From NCBI GenBank assembly GCA_963776245.1, contig CAVZLN010000003.1:96001-160000 (forward strand): DNA of 64,000 nt, in the 5' to 3' direction. Source of the DNA: Candidatus Eiseniibacteriota bacterium. Its GTDB lineage: Bacteria; Eisenbacteria; RBG-16-71-46. This document shows positions 52,150 through 61,163 of the stretch, one piece after another (the stretch's first letter is position 1; every line of letters starts with the position of its first letter). The notes below the pieces were generated by a model. The model was not told the origin of the DNA, ran no database searches, and worked only from the letters and a program-made list of their open reading frames with translations. Both the position numbers and the translations under genes were made by a program.

Positions 52150-53049
52150 TCACCCGTTCCGCAGGCGTTCGGACCACGTGGCGAAGGAGGTGCCCAGCTC
52201 GGCCAGCGCGCGCTCGCCCTCGTCGGGCTTGGGCGGCTTGCCGTGCCAGCGGTAGTCGTCCTCCATGAACGAGACGCCCTTGCCCATGACGGTGTGCGCC
52301 AGGATCACGCTCGGGCGGCCCACGAACGCGCGCGCCGCGGCGAAGGCGCGCACCACGTCGGGCAGGTCGTGGCCGTTGCACTCGATGACGTTCCAGTTGA
52401 ACGCGCGCCACTTGGCGCCCAGCGGCGCGATGCCGCACACGTCCTCGACGTCGCCGTCGATCTGCTTGCGGTTGTAGTCGATGACCGCGCACAGGTGGTC
52501 GAGCCGGTGGTGGCCGGCGAACATCGCGGCCTCCCAGATCTGTCCCTCCTGCTGCTCGCCGTCGCCCATCACGCAGTACACGCGCCGCGCGCTGCGGTCC
52601 ATGCGCGCCGCCATCGCGACGCCGCAGCACACCGAGAGCCCCTGGCCGAGCGAGCCGGCCGACACCTCGATGCCCGGGGTGTCGTGGCGCGAGGGGTGGC
52701 CCTGGGCGTGGCCGGCGAAGGTGCGGAACTGGAGCAGGTCGGCGAGCGGGAAGTACCCGCGCTCCGCCATCAGCGAGTAGATGAGCGGGGTGATGTGCCC
52801 GATCGAGAAGTGCCAGAAGTCGCGCCCCTCCCACGTCGGATCGGCCGGGTCGAGGCACATCTCGTGGAAGAACATCGCGGTCCCGAAGTCGGCGGACGAC
52901 AGCGGCCCGCCGGTGTGCCCGGACTGCGACTGCACCAGCAGCGTGAGGATGTCGCGGCGGATCTCGAGGGCCTTCTGTCGCAGCTTCTCGACCGGCCACA
53001 GCAGGCGCCCCGGCGCATGGCCGGGAACGGTCGCGGTCTTCGACGGCAC
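52150..53049 (-). CDS. Transketolase, N-terminal subunit
   Basis: SGHTGG, QGHP, GSLGQG, GDGEQQEG, HTVMGKG; upstream TTGACG-N18-TAACGT. Confidence 0.95.
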   Translation of the reverse strand: MPSKTATVPGHAPGRLLWPVEKLRQKALEIRRDILTLLVQSQSGHTGGPLSSADFGTAMFFHEMCLDPADPTWEGRDFWHFSIGHITPLIYSLMAERGYFPLADLLQFRTFAGHAQGHPSRHDTPGIEVSAGSLGQGLSVCCGVAMAARMDRSARRVYCVMGDGEQQEGQIWEAAMFAGHHRLDHLCAVIDYNRKQIDGDVEDVCGIAPLGAKWRAFNWNVIECNGHDLPDVVRAFAAARAFVGRPSVILAHTVMGKGVSFMEDDYRWHGKPPKPDEGERALAELGTSFATWSERLRNG

Positions 53050-53144
53050 GGGGGGTGTCCTCCGGGGATGTGGGGGGTCGCGGTGCGGAACCGCGAAACG
53101 TTACCCGGCGGCCGCGGCGGGCGTCAACGGACGCGGCACGGGGG

Positions 53145-53787
53145 TCATCGATAGAGCGTCTTCACGCGGCCCCACGTCGCCTGGAGCGCCGGGGTCTGGG
53201 CGCACACGTTGGGCGGCCCCGGGCGTGGGCGCGCACCCGGTGCCGGCGGGCAGCAGCGTGCCGGTGTAGGGGTTCAGCGAGTCGAACAGCATCCACGCCC
53301 CGGTGCCGTCGGGCGCCAGTCCGATGGCGCGGTCGGCGGCGGCCTCGTGGGTCTTGTAGGCGTAGGAGTCCACCAGCAGGGTCTCGGGACCGGCGACGCG
53401 CCACAGCAGAATGGCGTCGCCGGTGTTGCCCAGCGACAGCCCGAAGGCCGGATGGCCGGTCGCCTTCTCCCAGTCGTAGGACTGCTTGCCGGTGACGAGC
53501 GCGCGTTCGCCCGCGGCGAGCGTGCCCGTGAAGGCGTAGCGCGGGATGCTGTCGGCGTCGCTCAGCAGGAAGCCCGCGAGGTCGAGGGCGTAGGGCGCGG
53601 TGTTGACCACCTCGACCCATTCGTCGTCGCGCGAGGAGTACACGCCGTCGCCGTTCCAGTCGCGCGACGGCCCCGGCATGGCCTCGTTGAGGCGCAGCTC
53701 GGATTGCGCGCACGCGGTCCCGGCGCCGCCGGCGAGCAGGGGGACGGTGGCGAGGGCGATGAGGAGCACGGTGAACACAGGACGCAT
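53145..53787 (-). CDS. Secreted lamin-tail-domain protein with TWG-K-LYR tail (one extra base near 53212)
   Basis: LRLNE..DWNGDG..DEWVEVVN..DLAG.LSD, LGNTGD, PTPG; the shifted frame reads NVCAQTPALQATWGRVKTLYR*. Confidence 0.82.
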
Positions 53788-53981
53788 GGCACTTCTCCCG
53801 CGGGGGCGTTGGGCGCGGGGGCGTTGGGTTCACGATGGACCGCGAGGGCCGCGGCCCGGGACCGGGGCACTGCACGCGCCGTGCCGGGCGCGGCGCGCCG
53901 CGCGGCACGCGGGATCGCAACGCGAAGGGCCGGAGCGCGTGTCCACGCCCCGGCCCCCGCTGTACACGCGAGCGACGGCGC

Positions 53982-55151
53982 TCAGCGCGCGCGCACGCTC
54001 AGGAACTCGTGCATGCTCTTGAGCGCGGTCTGGATGTTCTCGAGACTGTTGGCGTACGAGAAGCGGATGAAGCCCTCGCCCCAGTCGCCGAACGCCGTTC
54101 CCGACAGGCACGCCACGCCCGCTTCCTGCAGCAGCGCCTCGGCCAGATCGCCGCTCTTCATGCCGGTGCCGGTGATGTTCGGCCACGCGTAGAACGCCCC
54201 CGCCGGCATGTGGCAGCGCACCCCGGGCAGCCCGTTGAGGCCGTCCACGATCGCCTTCCGGCGCTTCAGGAACTCGGTCACCATCGCCTTGGCCTCGTCC
54301 TGCGGCCCGGTGAGCGCGGCGATCCCCGCCTTCTGGGTGAAGGTCGCGGTGCACGAGGTGGCGTTGGTCTGGAGGCGCGCCACCGCCTGCGCGAGCGGCT
54401 TGTCCATGATGCCGAAGCCGAGGCGCCAGCCGGTCATCGCGTAGGTCTTCGAGAACCCGTCGAGCACGATGGTGCGCTCGAACATCCCGGGCATGGCGGC
54501 GATCGAGACGTGCCGACCGTCGTACTGGATGCGGCCGTAGATCTCGTCCGAGAGGATGTGGAACCGGTGCTTGCGCGCGATCGCCGCGATGCCCTCGACG
54601 GTCTCGGGCTTGAGCACCGAACCGGTCGGATTGTGCGGCGAGTTCAGGATCACCAGCTTGGTGCGCTCGGTGACCTTGGACTCGAACTCCTTCAGGTCGA
54701 TGTCGAAGCCGTTCTTCTCATCGAGGCTGTACGGCACGGCACGCGCGCCGAGGAAGTTCACCACCGACTCGTAGATCGGGAAGCCGGGGTTCGGGTAGAG
54801 GACGTCGTCGCCCTCGTCCACCAGCGCCTGCATGCCGAAGAACATGATCGGCTTGCCGCCCGGCACCACCACCACGTTGTCCCACTCGCACGGGATGCCG
54901 CGCTCGGCCTTCCACTGCGCGGCGATCACCTTGCGGAAATCGGGCAGGCCGGCCGCCGGACCGTAGTGCGTGAACCCGGCCTCGATGGCCTCGGCCGCGG
55001 CCTTGCGGACATGCTTCGGCGTGTCGAAGTCGGGCTCGCCGATCTCGAGATGGACGATCTTGCGGCCCTGGGCCTCGAGCGCGCGCGCCTTCTCGAGCAC
55101 CACGAAGGCGGTCTCGGTGCCCAGCCGGCTCATGCGCTTCGCGAACGTCAT
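53982..55151 (-). CDS. Class I PLP aminotransferase (aspartate aminotransferase-like)
   Basis: IGEPDF, NSPHNPTG, SDEIY, FSKTYAMTGWRLG. Confidence 0.95.
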   Translation of the reverse strand: MTFAKRMSRLGTETAFVVLEKARALEAQGRKIVHLEIGEPDFDTPKHVRKAAAEAIEAGFTHYGPAAGLPDFRKVIAAQWKAERGIPCEWDNVVVVPGGKPIMFFGMQALVDEGDDVLYPNPGFPIYESVVNFLGARAVPYSLDEKNGFDIDLKEFESKVTERTKLVILNSPHNPTGSVLKPETVEGIAAIARKHRFHILSDEIYGRIQYDGRHVSIAAMPGMFERTIVLDGFSKTYAMTGWRLGFGIMDKPLAQAVARLQTNATSCTATFTQKAGIAALTGPQDEAKAMVTEFLKRRKAIVDGLNGLPGVRCHMPAGAFYAWPNITGTGMKSGDLAEALLQEAGVACLSGTAFGDWGEGFIRFSYANSLENIQTALKSMHEFLSVRAR

Positions 55152-55160
55152 ACGACCTCC

Positions 55161-56705
55161 TCAAGGAACCGGCTCCGTGCGCCCCTGCGTGGGGGCTGCC
55201 CGGGTACGCGCGCGGCGGGTCCAGTCGAATGTCCACAGCAGCCGCGGTGGCTTGTCCGCCGCGGCGGTCATCTCCAGCGTGGCGCGCAGGACCCCGCCGC
55301 CGGCCGGAAGGCCGAGCTCGAGGCGCGTGCGCGCCCCGGCGCCGGAGAGTGCCCTGAGCACCAGACGATCGGTCCCGGCCTCGGGCAGGTACACGGTCTC
55401 GCCGCGCCGCACGCGATAGACCGCGTGGGTGAGGCGCACGGTGGGTCGCGGGAGCGCCCCGGCGTCGATGCGGACCGTGGTCACCGCGCGCACTGCGGCG
55501 CGCAGCACCGCGCGCTCGCCCCAGGTCTCGTGGCGCAGCGCGAGGGCGAGCCCGGGCGCGACCGCGCGCCACTCGCCCCACGACCCCTGCCGGAACCCCG
55601 CGGCCCGCGAAGGCGGCTCGCGCCGCGCCCCATGCTGCTCCTCGAGGCCGAGGATGAACGCCCCATGTTCCGCCAACTGCCGGTCCACTTCAAGCGCCGC
55701 CCGGGCGCCCGCGACCTGCGGACGGAAGCGCCACAGCGCCCCGGTCGCGACCGCGCGCCACGGCCCCGCCGGGCCCTCGGCGAGCGCGGCGAGGGCCTGC
55801 GCCGGCCCCGCCCGCCGTGGCTCGGCGAGGGAACCGAACCCGGGCAGGCCGCCGCGCGCGCGCAGCACCATGCGGCCGGCGCCGAGCGGACGCTCGAGCG
55901 CGCCCTCGGCGCGCCACCGGCCGTCACCGTCGATCGCCAGCTCGAGGTCGGCGGGCGCGCACGCCAGCGCCAGGCTGCCCTGCGTCTGGCCGCCGCGCCC
56001 CGCCAGCAGGCCGGCGCCGAGCCCTCCCGCCAGCAGCCCGACCCCGGCGAGGTCGCGGCGCGCGAAGCGGCCGGCCATGAGTTCCAGCTCCGCGCCCGCG
56101 CCCGCGCGCCGGAACGCCGCACCCTCGCCCGCGCGCCCGCGGAACGCCGCGGCGCCGCCGCGGTCGGCGGCCTCGCGCGCCCACGGATCGGCCGCGGCTC
56201 CCAGCACCAGGCCGCGACCCCAGCGCGGCGCGAGCCGCCCGACCCGCACGGTGCCGCCCGCCAGCGCTCCGTCCACGGTGGCGCCCGAGAGCGCGTCGCC
56301 CTTGCCCTCGCGCACCCCGCCGCGCACCCCGTCGCCGCGGAAGCGCACCCGCCGCGTGCGGCGCGGGGCCTCGCCGGGGCTCGCGCTCGCGCCCACGCCG
56401 ACCTCGACCGCGTCCTCGTCGAGCGAGTCGGCGGGCTCGTAGGCGTAGTCCTCGCCCTCGGTCGTCTCGGGCGGCGGTTCGACCGGCGCCGGCTCCTGCG
56501 TCCACGCCACCGTTGCCGCGAGCGCGAGCGCGAGCACGCACGCGAGCGCCAGCGCGCACGGGTGCACCCGCACGGATGGGAGCGCACGCGCGCACCGGAG
56601 CGCCCACGCGGATCTCAGCGCGCCCGCGCACCGGAACGCCCCCGAAATCCGGACCGCCGGTAGTCGCGCGACCGCATGGATACAGGGCCGGATGAGGGTG
56701 GTCAT
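55161..56705 (-). CDS. Hypothetical outer-membrane protein, probable beta-barrel (start uncertain)
   Basis: Signal-like segment, amphipathic strands, VGR..WGRGLVL, YLPE; ATGA overlap with the upstream gene. Confidence 0.5.
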   Translation of the reverse strand: MTTLIRPCIHAVARLPAVRISGAFRCAGALRSAWALRCARALPSVRVHPCALALACVLALALAATVAWTQEPAPVEPPPETTEGEDYAYEPADSLDEDAVEVGVGASASPGEAPRRTRRVRFRGDGVRGGVREGKGDALSGATVDGALAGGTVRVGRLAPRWGRGLVLGAAADPWAREAADRGGAAAFRGRAGEGAAFRRAGAGAELELMAGRFARRDLAGVGLLAGGLGAGLLAGRGGQTQGSLALACAPADLELAIDGDGRWRAEGALERPLGAGRMVLRARGGLPGFGSLAEPRRAGPAQALAALAEGPAGPWRAVATGALWRFRPQVAGARAALEVDRQLAEHGAFILGLEEQHGARREPPSRAAGFRQGSWGEWRAVAPGLALALRHETWGERAVLRAAVRAVTTVRIDAGALPRPTVRLTHAVYRVRRGETVYLPEAGTDRLVLRALSGAGARTRLELGLPAGGGVLRATLEMTAAADKPPRLLWTFDWTRRARTRAAPTQGRTEPVP

Positions 56706-57535
56706 TTTACCGCTGGGCGCGAGCGCGCCGGTCCGAGCGCGCCGCCCACCGCCACCCGCACGGTCTCGCCCAGCACCGGGTGACTCTCCACGCTCGCCGC
56801 CACTCTCAGCGCGCGAGCGCGCGCGGCGAGGCCGAGCGTGCCGCGCAGCGGGCCATCGCGCGCCTCGACCCAGGTTTCCACCGCCCCGACTGCCAGCGCC
56901 ACGCCGCCCGCGCTCTCACCGCCGCCCGGATCGCGCGTGACGGGCGCCACGCGCGACAGCCACGCGCGCGTCTCCCCCACGGCGCAAGCGACCCCGATCT
57001 CGAGCGGGCGCGCGAGCGGCGGCGAGACCCCGGCGCGCCACACCTGCGGGGCGCTCGCCCACAGCGAGACCCCGCCGGCCAGTTCCAGCCACGCGCCCGC
57101 GCCGGCCTCGATCCCGACTCCCGCGCCGAGGTTCGAGAGCCGCTCGCCCGGTGCGCGGTCACGGCGCGCGATCCCGCGCAGCGCGGCCCCGCCGCGGCCC
57201 GCCGCGAATCCGAGCGCAGCGCCCGCGGCCTGCCATCCCAGCTCGGCGTCGCCGGTCTGCGACACCCCCGCCGCCGCGCGCACCTTCCGCCACCCGGCGC
57301 CGAGTGCCACCGCGTGTGTGACGAGCCCCGGCAACGCGTGCCATGACGTGAGCGCGCACTCGAGCGCGAGCCCGCCGTCCGCGGCGGGCAGTCCGCGCTC
57401 GAGCGCGGTGGCGGGCGCACCCACGGCGAGCACCGCGTCGGCCGGTGCGGGCGGGGCGAAGTCCTGCGCCCATGCCGGGCCGGCGATCGTCAGGGCGGCG
57501 ACGAGGCAGGCGGCGCGGCCCACGCTCGCGCTCAC
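56702..57535 (-). CDS. Hypothetical outer-membrane beta-barrel, possibly PorV/PorQ-like
   Basis: Signal peptide ..AWA-QD, alternating hydrophobic strands, C-terminal HPVLGET. Confidence 0.5.
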   Translation of the reverse strand: MSASVGRAACLVAALTIAGPAWAQDFAPPAPADAVLAVGAPATALERGLPAADGGLALECALTSWHALPGLVTHAVALGAGWRKVRAAAGVSQTGDAELGWQAAGAALGFAAGRGGAALRGIARRDRAPGERLSNLGAGVGIEAGAGAWLELAGGVSLWASAPQVWRAGVSPPLARPLEIGVACAVGETRAWLSRVAPVTRDPGGGESAGGVALAVGAVETWVEARDGPLRGTLGLAARARALRVAASVESHPVLGETVRVAVGGALGPARSRPAVK

Positions 57536-59166
57536 AACTCGACCCCCTCCACCCGCAGCGCGCGGGACTCCGTGAGCGTGTCCCCGCCAGTGTCGGCGCG
57601 CGCGCGCAGGGCGAGGATGTAGAGCCCCGGCGGGAGCGCCGCCGCGTCCCACTCCGCCACGCCGCGCGCGGGCACCGCCGCGTCCGCGAGCGCCTGCGCC
57701 ACGCGCCGGCCGGCGAGGTCGTACACCTCCACCGCCACGTGAGCGCGCGGCCACGGCAGCGACCACGCCAGGCGCGCGCGGGTGGCGCCCGCGCGCACCC
57801 GCCGCGGGCTCACCTCGAAGCGCGCCGCGAGCGGCGGCAGGGCGAGCGGCGGCGCCAACGGCGTGCCGCCCCGCGCGAGCGCCGGCCACCACGCGCCCTC
57901 GCGCCACTCGAGCGGCACGCCGGCGGGGACCCCGGCGGCCGAGTACTCGACGCGCTCGCACCGCACCCCGGCCTCGCGCAGCACCACCGCGTCGGCGATC
58001 CCGGCGGAGTCGTCGGTGTTGTTGAGCGCCGGCCAGGGTGCCCCCTGCCACACCCGTCGCGGGTCGAGCCCCGGGAAGCGCGCCAGCAACGCCGCCCGGT
58101 CCTGGGCCACCACTGCCAGACTCTCGGGCGCGAGCGGTCCTTCGCCGCCGGTGAGCCGCGCGAGCGTGGTGCCGCGGTCGGAGAGCGTGAACGACGCGAG
58201 GTCCACCGGCGCCGCGGCGGCGTTGCGCACCTCGACCCACTCCCCCTCGCCGGCCGCGGGATGGAACTGGATCTCGGTGATCGCGAGCGCGCACGCGCCC
58301 ACGCCGATGACGAGCGAGTCGGTGTCGTTCGCCGGCGCCTCGTCCCCGCTCGCGCGCACGCGGGCAGTGAGCGTCCAGCGGCCGGCCGCCAGCCCGGGCA
58401 GGTCGAGCGCGAAGCCGGCGGTGTCGCCGGGCGCGAGCGAGCCGAGCGAGACCTCGGCCGGCCCGGCGGAATCCGCCGCGCCATGCGCCCACACCTCGAC
58501 CCGCGCGTCGCCGGCGGAGAAGGCCACGGTCCCCAGGTTGGCGACCGCGCCCGCGAGCCGCGCGGACGTTCCGGCCGCGGGTCGCTCGGGCGCGAGTGCC
58601 AGCCTGCCGCGCACCAGCGCGGCGTCGCGCTGGGCGAGATTGGCGCGCCCCGGCGAAGGGGGCGCCGCGCGGAAGTCGAGCGCGTTGCCGCCGAGGTCGG
58701 CGGTGTCGGGCACGCGCGCGAGCGACTGCCCCGACGCCACGTCGGGCGCCGGCGTTCCGCAGTAGTACTCCGCGAACTCGTGCGCGCCCCAGCCCACCAC
58801 CTCGACCGCGCCGTCGGGCCACACCAGGCGCGTCGCGTCCGGCCCGTTCTGGAGGTCGAGGGTCACCAGCGCGTCGGGCGCCGGCACGACCTGGGCGCCG
58901 CCGATGACGAAGCGCGCCCCGGCGCGCACGGTGTCGCGCGCGACGCCGGTCCAGCGCAGCGTCCAGCGCGCGACGCCCGAACCGTCGCCCGCCTCGAGCC
59001 GCAGACCCGAGAGCGGCGTACGGCGCGGGCCCGGATTGAAGAGCTCGACGAACTCCCAGCCGGTGTCGTCGCCGATGGCGTCGTAGTACACCTCGGTGAC
59101 GATCGGCCGCTGGAGCGGCGAGCACGCGGCGAACGCGAGCCCCGCGGCGAAGATGACGCACGACAT
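57532..59166 (-). CDS. Secreted protein: two lamin-tail domains, CARDB-like Ig, T9SS/FlgD-like CTD
   Basis: VTEVYYD..EFVELFN; ITEIQFHP..EWVEVRN; VANLG..DEAPAND; VEVYDLAGRRV..WD..PGLYIL. Confidence 0.8.
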   Translation of the reverse strand: MSCVIFAAGLAFAACSPLQRPIVTEVYYDAIGDDTGWEFVELFNPGPRRTPLSGLRLEAGDGSGVARWTLRWTGVARDTVRAGARFVIGGAQVVPAPDALVTLDLQNGPDATRLVWPDGAVEVVGWGAHEFAEYYCGTPAPDVASGQSLARVPDTADLGGNALDFRAAPPSPGRANLAQRDAALVRGRLALAPERPAAGTSARLAGAVANLGTVAFSAGDARVEVWAHGAADSAGPAEVSLGSLAPGDTAGFALDLPGLAAGRWTLTARVRASGDEAPANDTDSLVIGVGACALAITEIQFHPAAGEGEWVEVRNAAAAPVDLASFTLSDRGTTLARLTGGEGPLAPESLAVVAQDRAALLARFPGLDPRRVWQGAPWPALNNTDDSAGIADAVVLREAGVRCERVEYSAAGVPAGVPLEWREGAWWPALARGGTPLAPPLALPPLAARFEVSPRRVRAGATRARLAWSLPWPRAHVAVEVYDLAGRRVAQALADAAVPARGVAEWDAAALPPGLYILALRARADTGGDTLTESRALRVEGVEL

Positions 59167-59359
59167 GGGAGTCCCGGCTGGAGGCGGGTGCGCGCACGGA
59201 GGACGCGGGCGCGGGGCGGCGGTGACGACCGGCAAGCGGCATGCCGGGTGGCCCGGGCGCGCGGGCTTGGCGCCGGCGCGGCCGCACCGCCTCGCCACTT
59301 GCCGTCGCCGCGCACATGCGACACCGTCCGCGGGTGCGCACCCGACCGGGATCCCGCTC

Positions 59360-59890
59360 GTGAGCCGCCGCGGTCGCGGCTGGTTCGCCGCCGTCGCGGT
59401 GGCCGTCGTGCTCGCGTTCGCGCTCCTGCGGGCCCCGCGGCCGGCGCCGCCGCGTGCCGCCGCGCCCCCGCGCTCGGCACCCGCGCCGCCCGCGAGCGGC
59501 GAGGAGCGGCGGTGCGTCCGCGACGTCGACGGGGACACCATCGTGCTCGATGGCGGGGAGCGCGTGCGCCTGATCGGCGTGGACACGCCCGAGACCAAGG
59601 ACCCGCGCCGGCCGGTGGAGTACTTCGGCCGCGAGGCCTCGGCGTTCACGCGCCAGCGGGTGGCGGGCCGGCGGGTGCGCCTCGAGTACGACCAGACGCG
59701 CCGCGACCGCTACGGCCGCACGCTGGCGTACGTGTACCTCGAGGACGGCACCTGCCTGAACGCGGAGCTCATCCGCCAGGGCTACGGACACGCGTACACG
59801 AAGTACCCGTTCCGCCGCCTGCGCGAGTACGTGGCGCTCGAGGCCGAGGCGCGCGAGGCCGGGCGCGGGCTGTGGGGCGCGGAACGCTAG
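59360..59890 (+). CDS. Thermonuclease (SNase) family protein
   Basis: VDGDT, VRLIGVDTPE, DRYGRTLAYV, EAR..GRGLW. Confidence 0.93.
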   Translation: MSRRGRGWFAAVAVAVVLAFALLRAPRPAPPRAAAPPRSAPAPPASGEERRCVRDVDGDTIVLDGGERVRLIGVDTPETKDPRRPVEYFGREASAFTRQRVAGRRVRLEYDQTRRDRYGRTLAYVYLEDGTCLNAELIRQGYGHAYTKYPFRRLREYVALEAEAREAGRGLWGAER

Positions 59891-59960
59891 GTGGACCGGC
59901 GCCCGGTGCCCGCGGGCGCGCGGGATGGACAAGCGCGCCGCGAACCGCCAGTCTGCCGCC

Positions 59961-61097
59961 ATGATCGTCCCGCCGCTCCTCGCCGGCGTGCTCGGCGCGC
60001 TCGCGATCGTCCTGGTGCTCTGGGACGCGTTCGAGACCATGCTGGTGCCGCGCCGCATCGGGCGCCGCGTGCGGCTGACCCGCTACTTCTACCTGCTGAG
60101 CTGGCGGCTGTGGCGGGCGGTCGCGCTGCGGGTCGAGAAGCCGGCGCGGCGCGAGGCCCTGCTCGGCTTCTACGCTCCGCTCTCGCTGCTCGGCCTGCTG
60201 GTGTGCTGGGCCGCCGGGATGGTGCTCGGCTTCGCGCTGCTCCAGCTCGCGGCCGGCCCGGCCGCGCCGCTCTCGCCCGGGCGCGCCGGGATGCTGCTCT
60301 ACATGAGCGGCGAGACCTTCTTCACCCTCGGCTTCGGAGACGTGGTGCCGCTCAGCGGCCTCGGCCGCCTGCTCTCGGTGCTCGAGAGCGGCATGGGCTT
60401 CGGCTTCCTCGGCACCGTGGTGGGCTACCTGCCCACGCTCTACGGCGCGTTCTCGCAGCGCGAGATCGAGATCTCGCTGCTCGACGCCCGCGCCGGGTCC
60501 CCTCCCACCGCGGCGGAGTTCCTCGCGCGCATCCCGGCCGCCGGCGAGGGCCTGCTGCACGCCACGCTGCGGGACTGGGAGCGCTGGTCGGCGCAGGTGC
60601 TCGAGACCCACATCTCGTATCCGCTGCTCGCCTACCATCGCTCGCAGCACAGCAACCAGTCGTGGCTCGGGGCGCTGACCACCATCCTCGATTCCACCGC
60701 GCTCGTGCTGGCCGGCGTCGAGGGGCTGCCCACCGGCCAGGCGCGGCTCACGTTCGCGATCGCGCGTCACGCGCTGGTGGACCTGACGCAGATCTTCGTC
60801 CCGCGGATCGCGCCCGAGGGCGCCGACCGGCTGCCGCCCGGGGAACTGGAGCGGCTGCGCGCGCAGCTGCGGAGCGCCTCCGTCCGCCTGCCCGCCACGG
60901 CGGAGCACGCCACGCGGCTGGCGGAGCTGAGGCGCATGTACGAGCCCTACGCCCAGGCGCTTGCCGGCCACCTGCTGCTCGAGCTGCCGCCCTGGGTCCA
61001 CGCGCAGAGCCGCCGGGACAACTGGCGCGGCGGACCGTGGGACAAGGCGCTCGGGGTGAGGCACGCCTCGGTGTTCAGCAGCGACGACCACTTCTGA
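59961..61097 (+). CDS. Potassium channel family protein (Ion_trans_2)
   Basis: Pore FFTLGFGD, TM helices, YPLLAY.RS..QSW. Confidence 0.85.
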   Translation: MIVPPLLAGVLGALAIVLVLWDAFETMLVPRRIGRRVRLTRYFYLLSWRLWRAVALRVEKPARREALLGFYAPLSLLGLLVCWAAGMVLGFALLQLAAGPAAPLSPGRAGMLLYMSGETFFTLGFGDVVPLSGLGRLLSVLESGMGFGFLGTVVGYLPTLYGAFSQREIEISLLDARAGSPPTAAEFLARIPAAGEGLLHATLRDWERWSAQVLETHISYPLLAYHRSQHSNQSWLGALTTILDSTALVLAGVEGLPTGQARLTFAIARHALVDLTQIFVPRIAPEGADRLPPGELERLRAQLRSASVRLPATAEHATRLAELRRMYEPYAQALAGHLLLELPPWVHAQSRRDNWRGGPWDKALGVRHASVFSSDDHF

Positions 61098-61163
61098 GCG
61101 CCCGGCGGGCGGAGCGCTCGCAGCCCGCACCGCCCCGGCGATCGCGCCGGCCCCGGCGGTGGA

